Shown piece by piece: positions 1 through 11,935 of a DNA stretch of 64,000 nt. The notes under the pieces are model-generated. The model ran no database searches. It had not been told where the DNA came from and was given only the letters and a program-made list of their open reading frames with translations. Numbering within the stretch: position 1 is the stretch's first letter; each line of letters opens with the position of its first letter. Source of the stretch: Malacoraja senta. Lineage: Eukaryota. The stretch covers positions 1-64,000 of the forward strand of contig JAXLNO010000028.1 of assembly GCA_038087875.1 (NCBI GenBank), read 5' to 3'. The translations under genes were made by a program, and so were the position numbers.

Positions 1-816
1 TGTGGATGTGTGTATGTATGTGTGGATGGACTTTCACACTGTCATTCACCAGCACGCCATTATCATAAGTAATTCACACATTGTTTAAATAATTTGACCA
101 AATAAGCAGTGAAACGATCGACACTAAAATAAAACTTTATATAATCATTTATTTCCCCAATTTATTTGTTTACATTACATCTGATCTTCATCTGAATATT
201 CTTCATCAGATTCCAAGTCTTTTGATAAGTTTTGATAAGTTCATTGATAAGTTAGTTCAAGTTCAAGTGGAGGGTCAGGCAGAGGCTACAAAAAAAACAT
301 CTCATAGTCATTAAGTCTGCATGGACTTCAATTCATAAAATTTAAACCTCTTCTTAATGTTTAATGAGAATAACACTGTTACTACCATAGATACATTAGT
401 TCAAGTTCACATACACCAATTCATTTCTGCATAAACATCAGCCATTTCTGACCATTTCTCACTCCAAATGGCAGCCGATAAAGTGCGATCAATATTCCTC
501 CGTTTTTCTCCCGTGGTCGGGGCCTGGAAACGGCCACTACCGACGGGACTATGTACAGCCTCCCCCGCTGCGGAGATGATCCAAAAACACTCCGCGGCTC
601 CGCGTTCGCGAATCGGCCGCTTCTTGAGACCACGGCTTCACTATGTTAAGTACATAGGCCCCGCGATCGGAGCACTTGTACTCGGTAAGCTATCGTAGGC
701 AGCTCCGAGATTAGATGTTAAAGACATTAGACTACAACAAACTGGCATTTAGTGAAAATGTTTAATTTACCTTGGATTTAAACTACGGATACACATAGTT
801 TAGGCCCTCAACTTCA

Positions 817-1083
817 TGAATGAATGAATGAGTGAATGAGTGAATGAATGAGTGAGTGAATGAATGAGTGAATGAATGAGTGAATGAATGAGTGAATGAA
901 TGAATGAGTGAGTTAATGAGTGAGTGGATGAGTGAATGAATGAGTGAATGAATGAGTGAATGAGTGAGTGAATGAGTGAGTGAATGAATGAATGAGTGAA
1001 TGAATGAGTGAATGAATGAATGAGTGAGTTAATGAGTGAGTGGATGAGTGAATGAATGAGTGAATGAATGAGTGAATGAATGA
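817..1083. repeat. (TGAA/TGAG)n tetranucleotide microsatellite
   Basis: Continuous tgaa/tgag array; it explains the spurious IHSL-repeat ORF at 800..1102. Confidence 0.95.
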
Positions 1084-1654
1084 GAGAATGTACAGCCTCC
1101 AAATATCATTTTTTTCACATTATAAAGGCTCAATTAAATTAATTAAAGTGCATACAGATTAATTTTCATGAATTCAGACTTTAGATCTTACCTTTTCAGT
1201 TCGTTGATTCACAAAGTTTGACTGCAGCACCTCAGGCAGGGACATTGCTTTCAAGACTTTCTTCCACTTACCTGCACATTCTTCAGACTTCTTCATGCTT
1301 TTCTCACTAAATTCAATTACCCTGCTGCAAGTTTCCCACGACATGTATTCCACAGGACTAGAAAGAATCTTCATCGGAATCTCCAGTAAAACAGGCATTA
1401 GTGAAGCCCTCTCAGTGCTCCCTGCCTAGCTAGCCTGAACCAAAGCGCGTGATTGGCCAACTGGCATACAACTCAATGTTAAACGTGCTTTGATTGGACT
1501 AAAAATACCCGAAAATGTTCCGGTTTTCTCTAATTTAATACAAATGTGCAAGTCTTGTTCATGACGAGTTTCAGGGGTGATTTATATAATATTTTACACA
1601 ATATGTGAAAATTTCATGTAGTTCGGTGACTTGGGTCACGAAACACTGGAATAA

Positions 1655-3145
1655 AGCTCCTCGGCCCACAGCCTATGAATGGCTTACTCCTTATTCTTAA
1701 ACTGTGACGCTGTTCTGGACTCCCCCAACATGTTTCCTGCCTCTAGCGTGTCCAATTCCTTAATAATCTTATATGTTTTCAATAAGATTCCCTCTCAATC
1801 CTTCCAAATTCCAAAGTATACAAGCCCCAGCCGCTCCATTCTATTCCACATACGACAGTCCCGTCATCCTGGGAATTAACCTCATGAACCTACGCTGCAT
1901 TCCCTCAATAGCAAGAATGTCCTTCCTCAAATTTGGAGACCCAAAATTGCACACAATACTCCAGCTGTGGTCTCACTAGGGCCCTGTACAACTGCAGAAG
2001 GACCTCTTTGTTCCTATACTCAACTCTTCTTGTTATGAAGGCCAACATGCCATTCGCTTTCTTCACTGCCTGCTGTACCTGCATGCTTACTTTCAGTGAG
2101 TGATGAACAAGGACCCCCAGATCACTTTGTACTTCCCCTTTTCCCAACGACACCATTTAGATAATAATCTGCCTTCCTATTTTTACTACCAAAGTGGATA
2201 ACCTCACATTTATCCACATTAAACTGCATCTGCCATGCATCTGCCCACTCACCCAACCTGTCCGTCACCCTGCATCCTCATAGCATCCTCCTCACAGTTC
2301 ACACTGCCACCCAGCTTTGTGTCATCTGCAAATTTGCTAATGTTGCTTTGAATACCTTCATCTTAATCATTGATGTATATTGTAAATAGCTGCGGTCCCA
2401 GCACCGAGCCTTGCAGCACCAAGTCACTGCCTGCCATTCTGAAAGGGACCCGTTAATCCCTACTCTTGTTTCCTGTCTGCCAACCAATTTTCTATCCATG
2501 TCAGTACCCTACCCCCAATTCCATGTGCTCTAATTTTGCCCACTAATCTCCTATATGGGTCCTTATCGAATGCTTTCTGAAAATCCAGGAACACTATATC
2601 CACTGGCTCTCCCTTGTCCATTTTCCTAGTTACATCCTCAAAAAATTCCAAAAGATTAGTCAAGCCTGATTTCCCCCTCATAAATCCATGCTGACTCAGA
2701 CCGATCCTGTTACTGCTATCCAAATGTGCTGCTATTTCATCTTTTTTAATTGACTCCAGCATCTTCCGATGTCAGGCTAACTGGTCTATAATTCCGTTTT
2801 CTCTCTCCTGCCTTTCTTAAAAAGTGGGATAACATTAGCTACCCTCCAATCCTTAGGAACTGATCCTGAGTCTACAGAACATTGGAAAATTATCACCAAT
2901 GCTTCCGCTATTTCTAGAGCCACTTACTTAAGTACCCTGGGATGCAGGCCCTGGGGATTTATCAGCCTTCAGTCCCATCATTCTACCCAACACCATTTCC
3001 TGCTTAATGTAAAATTCCTTCAGTTCCTCCATCACCCTAGATCCTCTGGCCATTAGTGCATCAGGGAAATTGCTTGTGTCTTCCTTAGTGAAGACAGATC
3101 CAAAGTACCTGTTCAACTCGTCTGCCATTTCTTTGTTCCCCATAA
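1655..3145 (-). mobile_element. Degenerate 5'-truncated CR1 LINE (family B), RT region
   Basis: Frameshifted RT peptides MGNKEMADELNRYFGSVFTKED, SQHGFMRGKSGLTNLLEFFEDVT and LYRALVRPQLEYCVQFW, homologous to ORF2 at 5735..9028. Confidence 0.9.
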
Positions 3146-3627
3146 TAAAGTGTTTTGAGTCAATTAAAACTGGGAGGAAGAGATATATTTAACGTCAGGT
3201 TTCTGATGTGCTGGGAGAGAATAAATGACAACAAGATTCAAGGCAATGGCAGAAGCAGTGGGGGTGGGGGGAAGAAGCAAATTAGTTTGAAGATGGTGTA
3301 GGAAGTAGCAGAATTCCAAATGTAAAGATAGTAAGGGAATGGGACAGAGAATTCAATCCATCCCAGGGGACCAGGTGACTTTTTTGTAAACAGATGTCCT
3401 TCAAAGAAGGAATTTGCCTTCCTTCCTTCTTGGTCCAAAGCAGGCCACATCATGGGGTGCTGTGCAAATACTGAATTGAAAGTGCTGTGGTTTTACAGAT
3501 TGCACCTGAAGAGTTCGTCCCTGCATGATTGGGAGTGGAGGTGTTGCAGGTGTTGCAGCTACAAGCTTAAAAGAGGGGAAGCTGTTGTCGATGGTTAATG
3601 AGAAGTGGAGTGTCATGAAGGGAATGG

Positions 3628-3725
3628 AGAAGGGTCTCGCTCCATAGATGCTGCCTCACCCGCTGAGTTTCTCCAGCTTTTTTGTCTACCTTAGATTTTT
3701 CCAGCATCTGCGGTTCTTTCTTAAA
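3628..3725 (+). mobile_element. Short Penelope-like (pLTR-type) repeat with the hammerhead core deleted
   Basis: Same body (ctccatagatgctgcctcacccgctgagtttctccagc) as 21891-21999 and 37123-37283, plus the 3' extension ttagatttttccagcatctgcggttctttc. Confidence 0.7.
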
Positions 3726-4127
3726 GATCTGTATTCAGAAGTAGGCAATGACTCGCCAAACCTATTAGAGCAAATATTATTGTGCATTACTGTAGCACAA
3801 AAACAATTTTTCATTCAGCAACATGCAGCAAAATTCACCCAGTTTAATTTAACAAAATGAGTGGAGCCATACATTTAGTTTACTTTTTGTTTAGTTTCAG
3901 CCACAGTGAATGTTTTTCTCTTCCCTATCCTGCTGAATCAAGCCAAGAATGGTCTGTCCTTGCTGCTGTGAGTACGAGTTATTGGGAAAAACAAAACTTT
4001 GGCATGTGACTTGAACAAGATACAGTCTTGCAACTGAAGACCAAGTAGGTTCTTGTATGAAATGGTTATTATTTTTACATTTTAAAAGAGCATTGAGAAA
4101 CACAGGGACCTTAGTATGCAAGTCTAA

Positions 4128-4346
4128 TGGGCCTGTCCCACTTCGGCGATTTTTCAGGCGACTGTCAAGTTGCCGGCAGACATGTTGAAAAATTCTCGGC
4201 GACCATAATGAGGCCGCGACAAGTCCGCAGAATGCAGGACCTCCTCACGACCATGAAGGCGACTCCCCGGCAACCACCCGCAAACATGTGGCGACCGCAT
4301 AGTCTCCTGCACTCGCCTAAAAAGTCGCCTAAGTGGCGCAGGCCCA
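4128..4346. mobile_element. PIF/Harbinger-type MITE
   Basis: Imperfect TIRs tgggcctgtcccacttcggcgatttttcaggcga / tcgcctaaaaagtcgcctaagtggcgcaggccca; TAA duplication at 4125-4127 and 4347-4349. Confidence 0.8.
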
Positions 4347-4499
4347 TAAAGATCCTTAAAGATAGCAGCACGGAGACAATGTGATTAAGAAAGCATATAC
4401 AATACTGGCCCTCATTAGTCATGATGCTGAATACAAGCCTGGGAGTTTATTCTCCATCTTTATAAGATATTAGTTAGGTTATTAGTTAGATAGAAGGTT

Positions 4500-4821
4500 C
4501 AGAGGCCCGAGAGCCGTTGGAGCGGTCGCAGAGGGAGGAGCTACACCCGAGCGGTAGGGGATAAAGTGGAGCACGGGGCTTGCTTGTTCCTTACAGAGGC
4601 CCGAGAGCCGTTGGAGCGGTCGCAGAGGGAGGAGCTACACCCGAGCGGTAGGGGATAAAGTGGAGCGCGGGGCTTGCTTGTTCCTTACAGAGGCCCGAGA
4701 GCCGTTGGAGCGGTCGCAGAGGGAGGAGCTACACCCGAGCGGTAGGGGATAAAGTGGAGCGCGGGGCTTGCTTGTTCCTTACAGAGGCCCGAGAGCCGTT
4801 GGAGCGGTCGCAGAGGGAGGA
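4500..4821 (+). repeat. 94-bp tandem repeat (~3.4 copies) in the CR1 5'UTR
   Basis: Unit acagaggcccgagagccgttggagcgg...gcttgcttgttcctt starts at 4593, 4687 and 4781. Confidence 0.92.
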
Positions 4822-4991
4822 GGAGCCAAAATCGGCAACGTTCCAAGTTCCACTTCAAAAACAAGTGGGCTTGAGGAAGCCGCTGATTGGTGGAAGCAGA
4901 CAAGAGGGAGCAGCTGATTGGGAGTCAGATCCCTGCTGATTGTACTGTATTGTAGCAGTTTGTTTTGTATTGTATCCAGGGTAAGGGGAGT

Positions 4992-5918
4992 ATGAGGGCC
5001 AGGGCAGTTTACTGTTCTGGATGTCAGATGTGGGAAGTCATGGAGTCTGATAGCCCTCCAGACGTCCACATCTGCGCCAGGTGTATCGAGATGGGGCTCC
5101 TAATGGACCGTATTAGGAACCTGGAGCAGCAGCTCGATGACCTCCGTCTGGTCAGGGAGAGCGAGGAAGTCATTGAGAGGAGTTACAGGGATGTGGTCAC
5201 TCCAACACCACAGGAGGCAGGCAAGTGGATCACGGTTGGGAGAGGCAAGGGGCACAGGCAGGGACTAGAGAGTACCCCGGTGGCTGTACACCTTGACAAT
5301 AAGTACTCCTGTTTGAGCACTGTTGGGGTGGACAGCCTAACTGGGGGTAGTGACAGCGGCCGGGCCTCCGGTATAGAGACCGGCCCTGTTGCTCAGAAGG
5401 GCAAGGAAAAGAAGAGGAGGGCAATACTAATAGGGGACTCTATAGTTAGGGGGTCAGACAGGCGATTCTGTGGACGCAGTCGGGAGACCCGGATGGTAGT
5501 TTGCCTCCCTGGTGCCAGGGTCTGTGATGTGTCTCAACGTGTCCTGAAAGGGCAGGGAGAGGAGCCCAAGGTCGTGGTACATATAGGTACCAATGACATA
5601 GGTAAAAAAAGAGAAGAGGTCCTGAAAGGAGAATTTAGGGCGTTAGGAGGGGAGTTAAAGAGAAGGACAGCAAAGGTAACAATCTCGGGATTACTGCCTG
5701 TGCCACGCGACAGTGAGAGTAGGAATGGAGCGAGGTGGAGGATAAATGCGTGGATGAAGGACTGGTGCAGAAGGCAGGGATTCAAATTTCTGGATCATTG
5801 GGACCTCTTTTGTGGAAGGTTCGACCTGTACAAAAAGGATGGGTTGCACTTGAACCTGAGGAGGACCGATATCCTGGCGGGGAGATCTGCAAAGGCTACT
5901 GGGGAGACTTTAAACTAG
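4992..5918 (+). CDS. CR1 ORF1 protein (zinc finger/leucine zipper plus SGNH esterase domain)
   Basis: CSGC...CARC, LEQQLDDLRL coiled coil, and SGNH blocks GDSIVRG, HIGTND and DGLHLN. Confidence 0.9.
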   Translation: MRARAVYCSGCQMWEVMESDSPPDVHICARCIEMGLLMDRIRNLEQQLDDLRLVRESEEVIERSYRDVVTPTPQEAGKWITVGRGKGHRQGLESTPVAVHLDNKYSCLSTVGVDSLTGGSDSGRASGIETGPVAQKGKEKKRRAILIGDSIVRGSDRRFCGRSRETRMVVCLPGARVCDVSQRVLKGQGEEPKVVVHIGTNDIGKKREEVLKGEFRALGGELKRRTAKVTISGLLPVPRDSESRNGARWRINAWMKDWCRRQGFKFLDHWDLFCGRFDLYKKDGLHLNLRRTDILAGRSAKATGETLN

Positions 5919-8900
5919 AATGGTTGGGGGGAGGGACTCAAATAGAGAATGCTATTAGACAGTGTGTGAGGCAGGAGGCAGAGAAGGAAAGCACTCAGAC
6001 CCAACATGTAGGGGGGAAAGAAGAAAACAATAATAAACAGAGAATAAGAGGTGGTGGGGTTCTTAAATGGGTGAGCAGAGAAACAGAGGGGTGTAAAATG
6101 CGGGCGGAAGCAATAGGTAGCAAGGTGAAAAGTAAAAGTGGCAGGCAGACAAATCCAGGGCAAAAATTAAAAAGAGCCACTTTTCAACATAATTGTATAA
6201 GGGGTAAGAGCGTTGTAAAAACAAGCCTGAAGGCTTTGTGTCTCAATGCAAGGAGCATTCGTAATAAGGTGGATGAGTTGAACGTGCAGATAGCAATTAA
6301 TGATTATGATATAGTTGAGATCACGGAGACATGGCTCCAGGGTGACCAAGGCTGGGAGCTGAACATCCAGGGATATTCAATATTCAGGAGGGATAGAGAG
6401 AAAGGAAAAGGAGGTGGGGTAGCGTTGCTGGTTAGAGAGGAGATTAACGCAGTGGAAAGGAAGGACATTAGCTTGGAGGATGTGGAATCGGTATGGGTAG
6501 AGCTGCGAAACACTAAGGGGCAGAAAACGCTGGTGGGTGTTGTGTACAGGCCACCTAGCAGTAGTAGTGAAGTTGGGGATGGCATCAAACAGGAAATTAG
6601 AAATGCGTGCAACAAAGGCAAAACAGTTATAATGGGTGACTTCAATCTACATATAGATTGGGTGAATCAAATTGGCAGGGGTGCTGAGGAAGAGGATTTC
6701 TTGGAATGTATGCGGGATAGTTATCTAAACCAACATGTAGAGGAACCAACGAGAGAGCAGGCTATTCTAGACTGGGTATTGAGTAATGAGGAAGGGTTGG
6801 TTAGCAGTCTTGTTGTGCGTGCCCCCTTGGGCAAGAGTGACCATAATATGGTTGAGTTCTTCATTAGGATGGAGAGTGACATTGTTAATTCAGAAACAAC
6901 CGTTCTGAACTTAAAGAAAGGTAACTTTGAGGGTATGAGACGTGAATTGGCCAAGATTGACTGGCAATTAGTTCTAAAAGGGTTGACGGTGGATATGCAA
7001 TGGAAGGCATTTAAAGACTGCATGGATGAACTACAAAAATTGTTCATCCCAGTTTGGCAAAAGAATAAATCAGGGAAGGTAGTGCATCCGTGGATAACAA
7101 GGGAAATCAGGGATAGTATCAAAGCAAAAGATGATGCGTACAAATTAGCCAGAAAAAGCAGCATACCAGAGGACTGGGAGAAATTTAGAGACCAACAGAG
7201 GAGGACAAAGGGCTTAATTAGGAAAGGGAAAATAGATTATGAAAGGAAACTGGCAGGGAACATAAAAACTGACTGCAAAAGTTGTTATAGATATGTGAAG
7301 AGAAAGAGATTAGTTAAAACAAATGTAGGTCCCTTGCAGTCAGAAACAGGTAAATTGATCATGGGGAACAAGGATATGGCGGACCAATTGAATAACTACT
7401 TTGGTTCCGTCTTCACTAAGGAAGACATAAATAATCTGCCGGAAATAGCAGGGGGCCGCGGGTCAAAGGAGATGGAGGAACTGAGTGAAATCCAGGTTAG
7501 TCGGGAAGTGGTGTTGGGTAAATTGAATGGATTAAAGGCCGATAAATCACCAGGGCCAGATAGGCTGCATCCCAGAGTACTTAAGGAAGTAGCCCCAGAA
7601 ATAGTGGATGTATTAGTGATAATTTTTCAAAACTCCTTAGATTCTGGAGTAGTTCCTGAGGATTGGAGGGTAGCAAACGTAACCCCACTTTTTAAGAAGG
7701 GAGGGAGAGAGAAAACGGGGAATTACAGACCAGTTAGTCTAACATCGGTAGTGGGGAAACTGCTAGAGTCAGTTATTAAAGATGGGATAGCAGCACATTT
7801 GGAAAGTGGTGAAATCATTGGACAAAGTCAGCATGGATTTACGAAAGGTAAATCGTGTCTGACGAATCTTATAGAATTTTTCGAGGATGTAACTAGTAGA
7901 GTGGATAGGGGAGAACCAGTGGATGTGTTGTATCTGGACTTTCAGAAGGTTTTCGACAAGGTACCACATAAGAGATTAGGATACAAATTTAAATCACACG
8001 GTATTGGGGGTTCAGTATTGATGTGGATAGAGAACTGGCTGGCAAACAGGAAGCAAAGAGTAGGAGTAAACGGGTCCTTTTCACAATGGCAGGCAGTGAC
8101 TAGTGGGGTACCGCAAGGCTCAGTGCTGGGACCCCAGCTATTTACAATTTATATTAATGATCTGGACGAGGGAATTGAAAGCAACATCTCCAAGTTTGCG
8201 GATGACACTAAGCTTGGGGGCAGTGTTAGCTGTGAGGAGGATGCTAGGAGACTGCAAGGTGACTTGGATAGGCTGGGTGAGTGGGCAAATGTTTGGCAGA
8301 TGCAGTATAATGTGGATAAATGTGAGGTTATCCACTTTGGTGGGAAAAACGGGAAGGCAGACTATTATCTAAATGGTGGCCGATTAGGAAATGGGGAGAT
8401 GCAGCGAGACCTGGGTGTCATGGTACACCAGTCATTGAAAGTAGGCATGCAGGTGCAGCAGGCAGTGAAGAAAGCGAATGGTATGTTGGCCTTCATAGCA
8501 AGAGGATTTGAGTATAGGAGCAGGGAGGTTCTACTGCAGTTGTACAGGGTGAGACCACACCTGGAGTATTGCATACAGTTTTGGTCTCCAAATCTGAGGA
8601 AGGACATTATAGCCATAGAGGGAGTGCAGAGAAGGTTCACCAGACTGATTCCTGGGATGTCAGGACTTTCATATGAAGAAAGACTGGATAGACTTGGCTT
8701 ATACTCGCTAGAATTTAGGAGATTGAGAGGGGATCTTATAGAAACGTACAAAATTCTTATGGGGTTGGACAGGCTAGATGCAGGAAGATTGTTCCCGATG
8801 TTAGGGAAGTCCAGGACAAGGGGTCACAGCTTAAGGATAAGGGGGAAATCCTTTAGGACCGAGATGAGGAAAAACTTTTTCACACAGAGAGTGGTGAATC

Positions 8901-9028
8901 TCTGGAACTCTCTGCCACAGAGGGTAGTTGAGGCCAGTTCATTGGCTATATTTAAGAGGGAGTTAGATGTGGCCCTTGTGGCTAAGGGGATCAGGGGGTA
9001 TGGAGAGAAGGCAGGTACGGGATACTGA
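5735..9028 (+). CDS. CR1 ORF2 protein (AP endonuclease plus reverse transcriptase); true start uncertain, in-frame ATG at 6098
   Basis: LNARSI, ITETWL, MGDFN and SDH endonuclease motifs; NYRPVSLTS, GVPQGSVLGP and KFADDTKL RT motifs; no stop codons. Confidence 0.92.
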   Translation: MEDKCVDEGLVQKAGIQISGSLGPLLWKVRPVQKGWVALEPEEDRYPGGEICKGYWGDFKLEWLGGGTQIENAIRQCVRQEAEKESTQTQHVGGKEENNNKQRIRGGGVLKWVSRETEGCKMRAEAIGSKVKSKSGRQTNPGQKLKRATFQHNCIRGKSVVKTSLKALCLNARSIRNKVDELNVQIAINDYDIVEITETWLQGDQGWELNIQGYSIFRRDREKGKGGGVALLVREEINAVERKDISLEDVESVWVELRNTKGQKTLVGVVYRPPSSSSEVGDGIKQEIRNACNKGKTVIMGDFNLHIDWVNQIGRGAEEEDFLECMRDSYLNQHVEEPTREQAILDWVLSNEEGLVSSLVVRAPLGKSDHNMVEFFIRMESDIVNSETTVLNLKKGNFEGMRRELAKIDWQLVLKGLTVDMQWKAFKDCMDELQKLFIPVWQKNKSGKVVHPWITREIRDSIKAKDDAYKLARKSSIPEDWEKFRDQQRRTKGLIRKGKIDYERKLAGNIKTDCKSCYRYVKRKRLVKTNVGPLQSETGKLIMGNKDMADQLNNYFGSVFTKEDINNLPEIAGGRGSKEMEELSEIQVSREVVLGKLNGLKADKSPGPDRLHPRVLKEVAPEIVDVLVIIFQNSLDSGVVPEDWRVANVTPLFKKGGREKTGNYRPVSLTSVVGKLLESVIKDGIAAHLESGEIIGQSQHGFTKGKSCLTNLIEFFEDVTSRVDRGEPVDVLYLDFQKVFDKVPHKRLGYKFKSHGIGGSVLMWIENWLANRKQRVGVNGSFSQWQAVTSGVPQGSVLGPQLFTIYINDLDEGIESNISKFADDTKLGGSVSCEEDARRLQGDLDRLGEWANVWQMQYNVDKCEVIHFGGKNGKADYYLNGGRLGNGEMQRDLGVMVHQSLKVGMQVQQAVKKANGMLAFIARGFEYRSREVLLQLYRVRPHLEYCIQFWSPNLRKDIIAIEGVQRRFTRLIPGMSGLSYEERLDRLGLYSLEFRRLRGDLIETYKILMGLDRLDAGRLFPMLGKSRTRGHSLRIRGKSFRTEMRKNFFTQRVVNLWNSLPQRVVEASSLAIFKRELDVALVAKGIRGYGEKAGTGY

Positions 9029-9256
9029 GTTGGATGATCAGCCATGATCATATTGAATGGCGGTGCAGGCTCGAAGGGCCGAATGGCCTACTCCTGCACC
9101 TATTTTCTAGGTATCTATGTATCTATGTAGTGTCCAGGTCTGGAACTCTCGCTCCAGGGTAGGTGTGATAGTGTGGGGAGGAGATTCATATGTGTAGAGA
9201 GCGTTCCAGTTACAAAGAGAGACAAAGACTATTTGCCCTGGGGAAGACAGAGGAAA

Positions 9257-10340
9257 CTAGACTAAATGGGACCCCTGTCATACGGGAGGGCCTGGTCCCC
9301 CAACGCAACCCATTCCCCAATGCAATATTGCACCACTCACGCATAGCCCCCAACTACGCAGGCGCAGCTCATTTCTCCTCATCCCCCAGCACTCCCTCCA
9401 CCTCTTCGCCCTCCCTCTTCTTTCCCCTCTCCTCCCCTCCCCAATCACTCCCTCGCCTCTCCCTCCCTCTCCTTTCCCCTACTGTCACTCCCTCCCTAAC
9501 TCCTCTCCCCTCCCTACCGCCCTTATCCCCCACTCCTCACCTCCCCCTATCCCCCCCCACTATCCCTCCTGACCACCCCACTGCCCTCCTCTCCCTCTAT
9601 TCCCCACTCCCTACCTCCCCCATGCCCCCATCCATTTCCACTTTTGCCCCACTCTCCCTACCCCTTCCTCTCCCTCAATCCCCCCCACTCTACCTCCTCA
9701 CCTCCCCAGGATCTTTCCCCTCTCATCCTCCAATCCCTCCCTCCCTCACCTCTCCACTCCTTTCCCCTACCCTCAGTCACTCCCTCCCTCCTTCCATAAA
9801 AAGCATCTGCAGTTCCTTCCTCCACAGATCATTCAGTGTGTGTGTGTGTGTGTGTGTGTTACAAACTCCGCACAAACTGCTCAGCCACCCTGCAACTCGA
9901 CTCCCCCTCCCTCTGCCCACTCCGGCTCACCCGCCGCTCTGCCCGTCCTGTCCGACCGCCCGCTGCTGCCACTGCTCGGCCCATCCACGCCCTGCCCACC
10001 CGCCTACCTGAGAGGAGTTTGTGAGTGAGGCGGGACAGGCCACCGCCGGTGGGGCAGGAAGGGGCGTCGCCATCCCGGCCGTGGCATTGACTGACAGAAG
10101 AGACCAATCTGCGTGGCGCTGACTGAAGGAATCTGCGCATGCGCGTTTTTTCAGATTTTTAAACCTCGCTAACTTTTACAATATTCCACCTATTGGAACG
10201 CAACTAGTTGCACTCGCAGCACAGGAGAACGGTGAGTAACTTGGCGAAAAATCTAGCATTATCGCGTACCGTTTTTGCGCAAATAGAAAAAAACGCGCAA
10301 ACCGGAAGAGCACAAGATCAGAGTTTTAGTTATGTATAGA
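9257..10340 (-). mobile_element. Non-autonomous Helitron-like element
   Basis: The minus strand starts TCTATACATAACTAAAACTCTGATCTTG and ends ...GGGTCCCATTTAGTCTAG. Both termini match 62373-62628. No TIR or TSD; the interior is low-complexity C/T-rich and (TG)n. Confidence 0.72.
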
Positions 10341-10675
10341 CGATTGATACACATGATTGATAAAATGATGAGGGGTATGGATAGAATAGACTTAGAACTT
10401 ATTAAAGGTAAATTAAGGGGATCTGACAGAGAAGATTTTTCACTCAGAGTGTGGTACCTGGGATGCACTGTCGCAGAAGAGGTGAAAGCAGACGCAATGA
10501 CAGCATTTAAGTGTCTGGATAAACTCTCCACTTAGGCACAAAAATCTATAAGACCAAGTGCTGGAAAATAGTGTTAACACAGATGGGTATGTACTGGTCA
10601 GTATAGACATGGTGGACTTAATTCCTTTTCTCACACTGTACGTCTTCAGTGCCTAGTTTACAATTTCTAGCAGTA

Positions 10676-10681
10676 TTTATT
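10676..10681 (-). promoter_or_regulatory. Candidate AATAAA polyadenylation signal of the ACSBG2-like gene
   Basis: tttatt on the plus strand about 555 nt downstream of the stop codon; motif match only. Confidence 0.3.
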
Positions 10682-11235
10682 TTGCTAATAAACTTCAGCC
10701 AGATAAATCCATAATATGATCACACCAACAAGCTTGTCTCATTGATTGGATCAGCAGTTTCATGATTCACTTCCAAATAACTGTACCCCAGTGAAAAATG
10801 CTTAGGATATCTGTGATGACAGTGTTCATTCAATTATAAGTCAAAGTGAAGATATTTGCATTGACTATTCTAGGTTGTTTGAGTTAAAGATTCTTCATAT
10901 AGTTTCTTCATGTCAAGTACCAAGAATGCCAAACAGAGTGATTGCTCTCAGTTTTTAAGGATTACACTTATAAATTTAACAAGTCAATTTAATTCTCATT
11001 AAAAGCAGAAGCAATTATCTAAAAACAAATACAAAATTACAATCTTGTGGTTTACACCTGTCATCAAATCGCCTTATATAATAATCTTACTTGGACATAT
11101 GAACAGTGGAATTGATCACTATTTCTTATTCATTTGAAGACACAAAAAAACTTGTACCTGAACTTAACATTACAGAATCTGCCAGTCTTTAATATTTTAA
11201 ACGGCAGGATTTTCTTATACTCTCTACACATTGTG

Positions 11236-11318
11236 TCAAATTGATTCATTATAAAAAGAATCAATCTCGTCTTTGTACATTTCTGCCACAAAAAGCCTTC
11301 TCAGTTTCATTGTTGGAC
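11236..11318 (-). CDS. ACSBG2: ACSBG2-like long-chain-fatty-acid--CoA ligase, last coding exon
   Basis: Acceptor ttgtatttgcag|GT; encodes (G)PTMKLRRLFVAEMYKDEIDSFYNESI-TGA; phase matches the preceding exon. Confidence 0.9.
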
Positions 11319-11504
11319 CTGCAAATACAAACAGAAAACAGTAAAAATTTACATCAGAAAGAGCAAGATTTCAAAGTTTAGTCCTGGCTGTCACATACGA
11401 AACTGTTTACCCATTTAACGATCATCTCAGAGGATGATCTATATTAATGTCCTTTCATTTCATTTCATTTACAGTGTACAATGACACAAAAGCCATTATC
11501 ATTG

Positions 11505-11935
11505 ACATTAACAGAATTGCAGAGAATTGTGCACACAGCCCAGACCATCACACAAACCAACTCTTCCGTTGACTCCATTTATCCCTCGCTGCCTCAGCAA
11601 GGCCAGCAAGGACGTCGGACCCTGACCACTCCCTCTTCTCCCCTCTCCCATCGTGCAAAAGGCAGAAGTATGAATACGCACACCTCCAGATTCAGCAAGT
11701 TTCTTTCCAGCTGTTATCAGGTAACTGAACCACCCTACAACAACTAGAGAGCAGTCCTGAACTACTATCTACCTCGTTGGAAACCCTTGGACTATCTTTG
11801 ATCAGACTGTTCTGGCTTTATCTTGCACGAAACGTTATTCCCTTATCATGTATCAGTACACAGTGAATGGCTCGATTGTAATCATGCATTGTCTTTTCGC
11901 TGTTCCTCAGTACACGTGACAATAAATTAAACTAA
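11505..11935 (+). mobile_element. Rex1/Babar-like LINE 3' fragment
   Basis: LQRIVHTAQTITQT...TSRF C-terminal remnant and a 3'UTR ending gtgacaataaa-taaac. Confidence 0.65.

Larger units (their letters stand above)
4500..9128 (+). mobile_element. Full-length CR1 LINE, recombinant (family A 5'UTR/ORF1 plus family B ORF2/3'UTR)
   Basis: Tandem-repeat 5'UTR, esterase ORF1, open APE+RT ORF2 and (ctatgtat)n tail. Matches 30470-32011 up to position 6069, then switches to the family seen at 63144-64000. Confidence 0.93.

Noticed and set aside
800..1102. 100-aa IHSL-repeat ORF
   Set aside because: It is a translation of the TGAA/TGAG microsatellite.
4500..4821. CRISPR-like array
   Set aside because: Identical tandem units without unique spacers, part of a CR1 5'UTR, in a eukaryotic context with no cas genes.
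9190..10011. 273-aa Pro/Ser/Leu-rich ORF
   Set aside because: Low-complexity C/T tract inside a Helitron-like repeat.
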